Source of the DNA: Octopus vulgaris
Lineage: Eukaryota
Direction: 5' to 3'
Length of the DNA: 64,000 nt
NCBI GenBank assembly: GCA_951406725.2
Contig: OX597826.1
Span: forward strand, 22,568,001 to 22,632,000
Under the pieces are notes generated by a model. The model was not told the DNA's origin. It did no database searches and was given only the letters and a program-made list of their open reading frames with translations. Both the position numbers and the translations under genes were made by a program. Shown here piece by piece: positions 27,830-39,824 of this stretch (within the stretch, counting starts at the first letter, position 1; each line of letters begins with the position of its first letter).

Positions 27830-29300
27830 ATATTACGATCTCTTCTGAATAGCTCTCAATGTGAAAAGTTAATGACGGTTGATCCTGATAGTACCCTATA
27901 AAGGAGGTATCTGAGATCTCTAACTACACGACCCTCTCAGAAATAATTGGCAGAAAAGATGGCTGGGTGGTATTCGCTAGCTTTTATCAGCAACTTCAGT
28001 CAGTAGGTCTAAGTGTCTTTGGCATTGTCGTTGTCCTTAAGAATACAATCATAATTCTTCCCAATGCAACAGGTTCCCTTTTTCTTGGATTGTTAGAATC
28101 TCCGACCTCTGAATGCTGAATATATCGTCTGTCAGCCACTAGCGTAGTTAGTGGGATGGGGAGCGCTAGGAGCGGTCCGCTCCGGGTGGCACTTTTAAAG
28201 GGGCGGTACTTTTGGGTCTGCTGTATGCAATATGTGGCTTTTGGTGGGGTCTGGGGGTGGCAAACGAAGTGGCCGCCCCGGGCGTTACACACTCTAGCTA
28301 CGCTACTGCTGTCAGCCTCCCTTTGAGGATACTTAGCCTCCAAGTTTTTGCTGGATTAAACGTCATACGTGACCATTTTCAAGCGAGCTCAGGTCCACGG
28401 TGGATTGATGGTATCATCACCGTTGTCATCCATGAAGTCCCTGTAGATTGAGTACCTTTTGTTGTTGTTAGTTTTGAGTCCTCCTCACTGTTTCCTCTCA
28501 CCTCGAAAAGTAATGTTCCTGGCTTCCACGAATAGGATCACGAATATTGTGCACTCTGTTATCATACCCTTTTCCAGTTTTTGCTATTTGGTGGTGAAAT
28601 TTCCCAGTGTGGCCGTCATATTCAGCGAATCCATGTGCGACATCACGAGTTCGACTGCTGTTGTTGGTACTTGGCAGTACTGCATTGCACCATAGATTAA
28701 TTATTGGGTGCAACTCGGGTAGATTTTGGCGAGATCTAACCATGCTATTGTCAGTATATTGTAATTACTCTTTGCCTCCTTAATTATGCGGATGATTGCT
28801 GATGCATGTTCAGAGTAACCAGAGTAGCAGGAAATCCTCCTTTTCTGATACTAGTGTCGAAACACTCATTAAACAGTAAATATGTTGTTGATCTTTCGGC
28901 GATGACGGACCAAACGATCTTTCCCTCGATATCTAATAGAGAGATCTCTCGAAACCAGGAAAATCCTGCTGAGTTTTCTTCTGGAGCAGAACAGTTCTCA
29001 GCAGGAGACCAGAGCCAAATTTGCTGCTTCATCCTGCAGACAAATGTAAAAGTCCTGCCAGCCTGCTCAGCAACATCAGACAATTTTTAAAATCCTACAT
29101 TTGAAGGCACATGACTCTGAAGTAGATCCCACGCGAGCTTTTGCTTCCACTGCCCTCACTTCGTCGAAAGTGAAATCTACCACGTTGAAAGGGTTGTGGA
29201 GTTTGAGCGTTAGCAGTACAAGAGACAATCTTCCAACGGAATAGTTATTCTGGGGGTGGGGCCCACCATGTATTGCTGCTACTCTGCCTCTCCTTTGGAA
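27830..29300 (-). mobile_element. HERO-like (R2-group) non-LTR retrotransposon fragment
   Basis: FREISLLDIEGKI..TTYLL..DTSIRKGG, WLDLAK, QKLEKGMIT.CTI and FMDD; heavily degraded. Confidence 0.7.
28137..28308. mobile_element. hAT-like MITE
   Basis: TIRs cactagcgtagttag / ctagctacgctactg; perfect 8-bp TSD ctgtcagc (28129-28136, 28309-28316). Confidence 0.88.
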
Positions 29301-29767
29301 CAAATAAGCCTCTGTTTTTGTCTCATTTTTTTTTTATTGTGGCTGTTAAACTGTTAACTGGAAGGTTTACTTAAAAACGCCTTACTTTGCCTTCTTCTCT
29401 TTTCTCTCTCTTCCTCCCGCACCTCTGTCTCTCTCTGTGTCTCTGTCTGTCTGTCTGTCTCCCCCCCTCTCTCTCTCTCTCTCTCTCGTGTGTCTGACCA
29501 GCAAAGCTGGAGTAGAATTCATCGTAACTCTGAGCTCAGCTGGTTTCCGGCCAATTTCCCTTCATCTTCGACTTCTTTCTACCTATTCTTCAGCTGTTTC
29601 AACTCTTTTTCATTATAATATCAAACTCTGTCTCTTACTGGGACCATACTGCTTGTTGTTTTTTCTTCTTCTTTCGTAGACACATATACATCTATGCATA
29701 TACATATACAAATACATACATACATACATACATACATACATACATAGATTCATAGATACATATATAT

Positions 29768-29844
29768 GGGGAGAATTCAGGAAAAAAATACAAAAGACGA
29801 AGACAGGTGGTGTAGAAAACAAACAGATGTATTAGTATAACGCT
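29768..29844 (-). repeat. Short 3'-end fragment of the 48-52 kb PLE family
   Basis: Reverse complement resembles 52170-52245 (atactaataca..ccacctg.cttcgtcttttg). Confidence 0.65.
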
Positions 29845-29846
29845 AT

Positions 29847-29993
<147 letters not shown>

Positions 29994-30035
29994 TATGCAT
30001 GTATATATATATATATATGTATGTATATATATATT

Positions 30036-30094
<59 letters not shown>

Positions 30095-30099
<5 letters not shown>

Positions 30100-33000
30100 T
30101 GCAAGCAAGTACAGGTGAAGTCCCTGCTCAACCTCACCAATGCCTTATTCATGGAGCAAGTTGTACTCAAACCAACTAGGGCGAATAACATTCTGGATCT
30201 CTGCTTCACGAACAATATGGACATCATTCATGACGTGAAAGTGACACCGACAGTAGTCTCGGAACACAATATAATAGAGCTGTCTATGTTTGGGCCGAAA
30301 GTAACCAGAGATATACAGCCTAAAGGAAGCATCCGAAAAATCTCCAATCTGAACTTCCACAAAGCAGATTGGAAATCGATCCAAAAAGAGATCCTCAGAG
30401 AGGACTGGCCGGAATGTCTCTCCACACCAGATATTGACATGAAACTAGAATGTTGCATGTCTTCTGTGCAAGCCGTATGCCAGAAATATGTCCCAGAGCA
30501 CAAGGCCAAAACAAATAGGAGCAAGATTCCAAGAGACAGGAAAAGTAGCGAAACGTCCCGCCTAAAAACAACACTGATGGAGATCGAGAAAAAGGCTGCA
30601 ACAATCCTATGTGAGGGAGAAAGCAGACAAAGAAGTCTGGGTTATAAAAAACATTAAATCAAACCCAAAGGCCTTCTTTCATTACGCGAAAGAAACAGTC
30701 TCAGTACAGTACAAGATAGGACCCCCTCCTCCAAAAGGATGGCTCCCTAACAGACAGTCGAACTAAGATCAGTGAGATGCTGAATGACCAGTTCAAAAGT
30801 GTCTTTACCACCCCGTTGGAACACAGACAAGTGAACGAACCAATGGACTTCTTTGCCGCCTCACCTATAACCAGCGACGCAGTTACAATAGAATGCATTG
30901 ACATTAGCGAAGAAGATGACCTACAAGCCATAGACGAAGTGGACACAAACTCAACTGATGGTCCAGATGGTTTCCCAGTGTTAGAATACGACCGTACGTG
31001 AGGAGTTTGGTGACATATTTCTCCTCTTGTACAGCGCACGGCCGCATCCCAAGATAACATAATGTTATGAAGCCATAATACATGTTTATATACAGTGCCA
31101 AAGTAAATGAATAAAGGACGCCAAGATAGATTTTATTCACAGTGTACAAAGTGATTTGTGATTATTAGCGTAGTGTTGTGTCATGAATGCATGCTTATAA
31201 TATTCGTGTCTGTGTGTTCGTGTGTGCGACAGAAGTACAGAATAAAGTGCATGCGAATACAACAGAGCATAAGAGAAGTCTCAACAATTTGAGTTAAAAT
31301 GGAGTTATTTTAGAGTTATTTTACCAGTTCATGTAGTACACAATAATGAGTTCTATAACAAGATTTGAATCTCGGAGCGGAGATTAGTTGAATCACTTGT
31401 TGTGCATATTTTTCTCTTGATATAGATATTCTTTCAGATATATATACTGCAACTGTTTTTCCGTGGTGAGGTTTTCGTGCTAAAGCATGAGTTGAATCTG
31501 TATTTATCTTGTGTACAAGTTGAAATCTTCGTAGATGGAGACGATGCTGGTGATGACGTTCTGTCTGTCACTGGTTTACAATAGCGTCTTCATAGTATGG
31601 TTGGCTTGGCTGTCGTCTGCTTTTCGAACTGGAACATGGTTGAGTAAGCTCTGTGTGGTCTCCGACCAAGACTTTAAAAGGTCTTAAGTCGAAAGACGGT
31701 GAATCATCAAATAATCAGCCTATTTATGGAGTTAAGATGGCTCAAATGAAAGGTCCTATCCGAAAGCCGTGATTGGTCAGTTTACACACTGGCGCGAAAT
31801 AAGTAGAGAGACAGGCCGCGCTTAGATGCTAACCAATCAGATCAGTGGACACAACAAGGTTAAACTAGCCAAAGATATTTTGTAATCTCAAACGAGATCA
31901 TTCCTAATGTTTTTCTCAAACAGTGAAGATAGCAATGAAGATAGCAATATTGCTAAACCAGCAATCCTCCTCAAAGCGTGTAAGCATGCCCTGGCAAAAC
32001 CCTTCAAGATTCTCTTCCAGAGCTTTCTTACAAATGGCAAACTGCCAAGCAAGCTGAAGGAGGGAATAATATGTCCAATACATAAAGGGGGAAGTAGAGC
32101 AGATGCCAAAAACTATAGGCCTATCTCCCTGACTTCATACATCAGCAAAGTCATGGAACGGATATTCAGAAAGAAACTAATCGCATTCCTTGAGGAAAAT
32201 AGCTTGCTGAGTGATACCCAGCATGGTTTTCAACCAGGTAGGAGCTGCCTGACCCAGCTCTTACAACATTATGACTGGGTGTTGAGGCAGTTACTCAACA
32301 AATCAAATGTGGACGTAATCTACCTTGATTTTGCAAAAGCTTTTGACAAGGTGGATCATGGTATGATATGCCACAAACTGCGTGACCTCGGCATAGCTGG
32401 AAAACTTGGAGTGTGGTTACATGACTTCCTGAAAGATAGGAGTCAGGCAGTAGTGGTTAATGGAGCCTCCTCTATGAACACACAAATAGTGAGCGGTGTT
32501 CCACAGGGCACTGTCTTGGGACCACTGCTTTTTTATAGTGGCCCTCTCAGATATGCCCTCAAATGCCCGGATAGCCACTCTGGCAAGCTATGCAGACGAT
32601 ACGAAAGTCTCGCAGAAAATACAGAACACCAGCAATGTTGCACACCTGCAGCAGGAGTTGGACTCAATCTAAGATGGGCTGAGGATAATAATATGCAGTT
32701 TAATGCTGAAAAATTCCAGGCCCTGCAATGCCAGCACCCAAAACTGAATATTAAACTTACAGGATACACCGGTCCACAGGGAATTTCAATCCCAGAGCCT
32801 AAGTCTGTGAGGGACCTGGGTATCGACATGAGTGATGATACCTCTTTCCAAGTGCACATTACCAGGATGGCGACAAAGTGCAGACGACTGGCTGGGTGGA
32901 TCCTAAGAACATTCAGAACCAGAGATAAGGAAGCCATTATGGTCCTCTGGCGGACATTCGTCCTCAGCCGCCTGGATTACTGTTCACAGCTATGGTCACC

Positions 33001-33568
33001 CACCAGTGTGAAATTAACAGCGGACCTTGAAGCAATCCAGAGAAGATTCACAAAGAAGATCGTCTCTTTGCAACAGCTCAGCTACTGGGAAAGGTTGAAA
33101 CAGCTAAGACTCTACTCCCTGGAGAGAAGACGGAAGAGGTATGCAGTAATATATATCTGGAAGATCCTGGAAGGAATTGTGCCAAATTTTGGCATTATAA
33201 GCTACACCAATGCTAGAAAGGGACGACACTGCATAGTGCCAAAGATCCCAGCAATGCCATCACGCTTCAGGACCAGCTACTGCAACAGACTGGGTTTCAA
33301 GGGCCCACAGCTTTTTAATATTCTCCCGGAGAGTCTGAGGAACTTGCACAAAGTAGATGTAGCGGTTTTTAAATCAAAGCTGGACATCTTCCTGTCGAGA
33401 GTCCCATATAAACCTACCTCACGGCAAGAGGTGCACATGAGAGTAACTATATCAAACTCCATTCTTCACCAAGTGCCACATATTAGAGGGGGCTCTTCGT
33501 AATAACAGTGTAGCACAAAACGGCGGTGCATCAGCATGGCCGCAGCTCTGAGCTAAAACAAGAAAAAA
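30095..33568 (+). mobile_element. 5'-truncated CR1-like LINE
   Basis: APE end ([14 protein letters not shown]), YRPISLTS, YLDFAKAFDKV, GVPQGTVLGPLLF, frameshifted YADD, LYSLERRR, and 3' tail gcggtgc..cagcatggccgcag. Interrupted by a solo LTR. Confidence 0.95.
30979..31957. mobile_element. Probable solo LTR inserted in the CR1 ORF
   Basis: Splits the PDGFP|AILLK motif; 4-bp TSD CCAG (30975-30978, 31958-31961); ends TGTTAG...CTAAA. Confidence 0.8.
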
Positions 33569-33684
33569 CGAAATATATACATGTATATATAAAATATTAT
33601 TAGAGACAAAACCACTATTTTGCAAAACAAACAAGGAAAGACTTAATCAATACATAAAACTTTAATAAATAGTCAAAAAAACCG

Positions 33685-33728
33685 CCACTACAATTGTTTC
33701 TTGTCTTGATCGACAATCTTCAGGTGGA
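33685..33728 (-). ncRNA. Minimal type I hammerhead ribozyme, intact core
   Basis: ccac-CTGAAGA-ttgtc-gatcaa-gacaa-GAAA-CAATT-GTA-gtgg; palindromic stem III ACAATTGT. Confidence 0.88.
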
Positions 33729-36728
33729 CTTCCAATCTAAAATATCAATATTTTAAAATATAAAAATAATAATTTTAAAATAATTAAAGTATGAATGAAA
33801 AAATATAAATATATAATCCATATATAACCTATATATAATCCATATATAATACACGCACGTAAACCACACACCCACGACATATACAAATACCCACACCACT
33901 TACACATACTTATACATACATATAAACCTCAACATACACTCCAAAAACCCACTCAACCCCACACAGACAAATAAACACAAAAATTATGAATGGATTCTTT
34001 TATAAAACTACCATGATAAGCTAAAACTCACAAAACATAAATGATAAAACCTCCCTTTACTAAACACTATAACATACTTATATAGCAATCCCTTTAACCT
34101 ATACATTCACACACAAATACACACACGTAAACCACACACCCATAACAAATACAAACACCCACCCCACTCACACACACCCACAAGTACATATAAGCCTCAA
34201 CATATACACCAAACAAAATTACTTTACCAAGGAACTTAACATATGTATAAAAAATATATAACCGCTCTGGAAACGAACATCTTTAAAATAATGAATGGAG
34301 AAATGGGATAAATGGAATTAAAAATAATATTCACGTGGCAAAACGAACACCACTCAAAAATTATGAATGAAACAATGTAATAAAACAACCAACATCGAAA
34401 ATAGACAAATTACCACGAATTCCCTAAAAAAACCCATGATAAACCAAAACTCTTAAAAACATATAACGATAAAATCTCCCTTTACTAAACTCTATAACAA
34501 ACCTATATAGCAATCCCCCTAACCTAAACATTCACACACAAAAACACACACGTAAACCACAGACCCACAACTTATACACATACCTATACTAACTTATAAA
34601 CCTCAATATACACCAAAAACCTACTCCCTCCCCACACAGACAAATTAACACATACATCCCAAAACCTAAATAACAAACCCATATACACATTCACACACAA
34701 ACACACACACACGCAAAACACACACACACAACAGATACATATACTCCCTCAATATACGCATATACATACTCACTAAACTCGATATATACAACAATATTTA
34801 CACACCCACACTCATACAGATAAATAAATTATACAACTAAAAAGTCACACACAATCTCATATACATAAACACTCCAATAAAAAACAACATTAAATACATC
34901 GTAATTAACCAGAATATAAAAAATAACAATATGACATAAGGAGAAATAAAATACATACTTACAAGTCAGTTTCAAATTATGAAGTGAAATTAAATTCTTA
35001 GCCGTTAAAAAAATCAAACCAAAATTACGTTACCATAGAAATATAACTTATGTAAAAAAAGAATACGCGCCATGGAAAGCAAACGTCATTTAAGATTATG
35101 AATGGAGAAATAGAATAAATGGAACTAAAAACTATATCCACGTGGCAAACCAACACTACTTAAAAAAAAAAAAAATTTATTATGAATGGATTCTTTAATA
35201 AAACTACCATAATAAATTATTATATACAATTATGAGCTTTAGCTCATCTTAGCAGCTCTAACAAACAACTTGCAGTAACCCAAATCTATTCTCGATGCCT
35301 GCCTTACTACTACACTATTCCATTCCCAATTCCAAGCAACGCTAGCCCACCACCCGGTTACAATTCCCAACTCCACCCATTCATTCACAATTACAACGAC
35401 GTTCACCTCCACAGCGCTACATATAAGCCTCAACATATACACCGGAGATTCACTTTCACATCCGTGCGGATGGGTGAGAGTATACATTGAGTGTAGTGAT
35501 GGGGCTCCCATTACTATACACATTTGTACCTATGTGGTAGTCTCCATGTGTATATTCACGCACGGGTATAAATGCAGGGGGTACACGCGCACGGCATGTA
35601 CGTGTACGCCCTCACATGTACATATGCATGCTAGTTGGGCTCGATATGTGCAACAATGTAATCGCGCCCGCATACATTCATATGGGCGAGTTGCACAATC
35701 AAAACACGCACACGTGTGTGTGCGTTCCCTGGTTGTGCAATTCACCCATCTGGGTGTGAGTGGGTGTAAGCGTATTGCTGTGGATGTCGAGCTTAATACG
35801 TATGTATATGAGTGTGTATTGGGGGGTTGTACGTATTTATTGTGTGCATGTGCTTCACGCACGTGCGTCCATGTATGGATGAATATATTGGGATTGCTAT
35901 GTGGGTGTAAATTGGGTATGGAGGGGGAGTTATGTCATTGTATGGGTGTAGGTTTCATTTGTGATGGTTGCTTGTTGGTGATTTTTAATATGTTCTGTAT
36001 ATTTGGGTTAGTTATGTATTATTCTAGTGTGTATAATTGTATACATATGATTGGTGTAAGTGGGATTAAGCCCATTTTTGGGGATGTATGTGTTTATTTG
36101 TCCGTATGGGGCAGGAGTGGCCGTTTGGTGTATATGTTGAGGCTCACATGCAATTCCAGGTACGCGCGAATGAAGTGGGCACTTATATTTGTAATGGGTG
36201 TGTATACTTTATTATAACAGACAATACCCAAATAAAATCTGTCAATTCAACATACCAAATAAAAAACAAAAAACAAAGGGATCGTAAACATTCACACATA
36301 CATACAAAACTCAATAAAAACACCACTAAATAACACCCATCAACATATAAATATATCCTCCAAAATACATATAACAAATGCATAATAAAAATACATAATA
36401 AAATAAAATAAAAATAAAAAATATATAAATAAAGAAAATAAAAAAATCTAATATAAATTATTAAAGTTTTAACATACCATAAACTGTTATATTAATATAC
36501 ATTAAAAATGAACTAATTAAAACAAAGAAATATCAATAAAGACTAACTATAATTAAAGCCTAGACTACATAACCAAAAAATATATTATCTAAACTAATTT
36601 AAACTAAACTAAAGTAATCTAATAGGGAACTATTATTGCTATTTATCATGAAACTTATTATATAGGTAAAGTAACTTATGTCTGCATTTTATTTTGCGCT
36701 CTTCACCAGTATTAAGTAAATTATCATA

Positions 36729-38462
36729 CTAATAAAATAAAATTTCTTTAAACTCATTAGAGCATAAATAACAACAATTAGCTCCTATAGTATATGATTT
36801 AGTTTTACAAATTATTTCCCAAATTAAACTATAATTAATATTTAGTGATTTAAGACTCCAAATGTACTTACTAAGTCCGGTTGAGTTGATTAAGTTTTTA
36901 TTTTTAAAAGAATTCATATGTTGTGCGATTCTTAGTTTTATTTTTGAGGAAGTAGAACCTATATAAACCGCTTTTGGGTAATTATTATTCTTAAAGTTAT
37001 TATCATGTAATGTAACTATACATTTATACACTACATCGTTAATATCACAATTATTATTTAATATACAATTAGATTTATCTCTACATGTACAATTAATATA
37101 AGTCTTATCATTATTAATATTATTATCAAATAATTTCTTTTTATAAAAATTATTCAGTTTATATTTATTAAATGAAGAAATAATGTTACCAACATTATTA
37201 GTGGTAGAATAACCAACTCCAAAATTATTAAAAGAGAAAATGTTTCTATATTTACGATTATCTCTAATAAATAGTTCTATAACATCTAAAATCTCTTTAA
37301 TAATATTCGTTTTTACTTGATCTCCATAAGGAACTATTAACCAAATTTTATTCTTATTAACCTTATTATTATTATCATTATTATAGATATATTTATAATT
37401 CTTTATTTTATTAAAATTATTATCAAAATTATATCTATGTACAGCATTTAAGGAATTATTAATATTATTAATTTTATCAATATAATTATTATAATAATTA
37501 TTAAATTTATTTTTATTTTTATTATTCTTATTTATATTATTATTATTATTATATTTATTATTATTATTATTATTCTTATTTATATTTTTATCATTTTTAT
37601 TATTTTTTTTATAATATCTATTATTTTTACCACTAAACCTAACAAAATTATAATTATTATTAGAAGTATCTCGAAAATTATCACTAATATTATAAAATTT
37701 AATATTCCTATTATAATCTGCCCCTCTAAGGGCCTCATAATAATAATTAGCATGTTTATTAAAAATCTCTATATCATAAGAGAGTAATGAAATACGTTTA
37801 CTTATATTATTAATCAACGATTTTTTAATAGAAAATGGGTGATTACTATTAACATTTATATATCTAAGGTTCTCATTAAGTTTATGATATGGTTGTGTTT
37901 TACCTGTAATAAGATTAAAATTAACATCTAAATAATTAACATTATAATTCTCCTTATATATAGTAATACTTAAACCATATCTTTTAAAGAAACTATATAG
38001 TTTTTTCTTATATACTTCTAGATTCCTATTAGTACAATTCTTTGTAACTAGTAGAAGATCGTCTCTATATAAACCACCCTCTATCTTAAGATTTTCTAAT
38101 TGGAGTTCAGATAAAAGAAAAATACCTACTAAATCAGTAGCCTGTGCAGAATCTGGTGCTCCCATAGGTATATCAAAACAATCTCTAGTATCATTCCTAG
38201 CCCATAATTTATTTTTATATTTAATTAGCGATTTCCTAGCCATTTTAATTACATTAACTTCTTCCCGTGACCATAATTTTAAATAATTAAGTTTATTTAA
38301 CTTATCAATATATTTATCTAAAATAAATTTACTTAATTTACCTAGGTCCGATTTACATGGGCAAATTAATCTAACTTTAGGGTCTGAATAAAAATTATCT
38401 TTATGGTCTTTAAGAGTAATTCTGGGGTGCAAAGGTACATAAGGTTCAGTTTTATTATCCAA
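36729..38462 (-). pseudogene. PLE RT + GIY-YIG ORF (RT motif A segment missing)
   Basis: ITLKDHK..VRLICP, FDIPMGAPDSA, GLYRDDLL, SNHP, CTCR..C..C, VVYKC..VYIGST, CYLCSNE. Confidence 0.88.
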
Positions 38463-38468
38463 CTCATA

Positions 38469-39006
38469 AAGGAATTTAGCAATTAAAATTAAAGATATGA
38501 GAAATATGGATGGTATTATAGTACAATCTGATAAAACAAGGAACCTATATAAATTAGATGTTAAATTATATGATAAACTATTAGGAAAAGAAATAATTAA
38601 AAAATATAAAATTGTTCCAGATGATATTCTTTATAATATTAATAAGGCCTCTAAAGTAGTAATGTTAAAATATGAGTTGGATAATAAAACTGAACCTTAT
38701 GTACCTTTGCACCCCAGAATTACTCTTAAAGACCATAAAGATAATTTTTATTCAGACCCTAAAGTTAGATTAATTTGCCCATGTAAATCGGACCTAGGTA
38801 AATTAAGTAAATTTATTTTAGATAAATATATTGATAAGTTAAATAAACTTAATTATTTAAAATTATGGTTTAGTAATAATAATACATTGAAATGGTTTAA
38901 TAATATTAAAGATAAAAATCGTTATAAATTTATTCAAATAGATATAGATAATTATTATTCTTCTATTAATGAAATTGTGTTTAATAAAGCGCTTATTTTC
39001 GAAAGA

Positions 39007-39008
<2 letters not shown>
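38469..39008 (+). pseudogene. Inverted PLE RT N-terminal segment
   Basis: SDKTRNLY, ITLKDHK, FIQIDIDNYYSSI; shares a 199-bp inverted repeat with 38270-38468. Confidence 0.88.
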
Positions 39009-39062
<54 letters not shown>

Positions 39063-39065
39063 TCT

Positions 39066-39824
39066 TTAAAATGTTTTAGCCCGAAGGCCGCGGCCATGCT
39101 GGAGCACCACCGCTGAATGAGCTACACTAATTTGTGAATCCACCTCTGATACGTGGCACTTGATCAACAAGGGAGTTCGATGCTGCTGCCCGCATCTGCG
39201 TCTCCTGTCGTGAGGTAGGTTCATCTGGGACTCCCGACAAGAAGAGATCCAGTTTAGTTTTAAAGAAACCCACATCCACACCATGTAAGTCTCTCAGGCA
39301 TTTAGGGAGGATGTTAAAGAGCTGTGATCCTCTGAAACCCGAGCTGTAGCAGTATCTGGACCTGTATTTTGATGGTGCTGTTGGAATCTTTGGCACCATG
39401 CAGTGGCGCCCCGTTCTGCGGTTGGGGTAACTTTGAATGCCAAAGTTTGGGACAAGACCCTCCAGGATTTTCCAGATGTATATCACCGCATATCTCTCCC
39501 GCCTCCGCTCTAGGGAGAAGAGGTTTAATACCTTCAGTCTTTCCCAGTAGCTGACATTTTGCATTGAGACGATTTTCTTTGTGTAGCTTCTCTGAATTGC
39601 TTCGAGTTCTGCTGTTAGTTTTATATTGTGTGGTGACCACAGTTGGGAGCAGTAGTCCAAGCGGCTGAGGACGAATGTTTTCTATAGGACCATCAGTGTC
39701 TCCTTCTCTCTTGTTCTGAAAGTTCAGAGAATCCATCCAGCTAGCCGTCTGCATTTTATCACCAGATTAGCAATATGCATTTGGAAAGATGCATCATTGC
39801 ACATGTCAATGCCCAGGTCACGCA
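39066..39824 (-). mobile_element. CR1-like LINE 3' fragment
   Basis: RDLGIDM, LDYCSQLWSP, LFSLERRRERY; 3' tail at 39066-39115. Confidence 0.93.

Larger units (their letters stand above)
33587..39008 (-). mobile_element. AT-rich Naiad-like PLE with long 3' region and rearranged 5' end
   Basis: RT-EN ORF 36729-38462, inverted 5' piece 38469-39008, ~3-kb 3' region with internal repeats and an inverted block, and a terminal hammerhead. Confidence 0.9.

Noticed and set aside
31907-33502. 531-aa ORF as an intact RT
   Set aside because: It starts inside the solo LTR, and compensating frameshifts put YADD out of frame.
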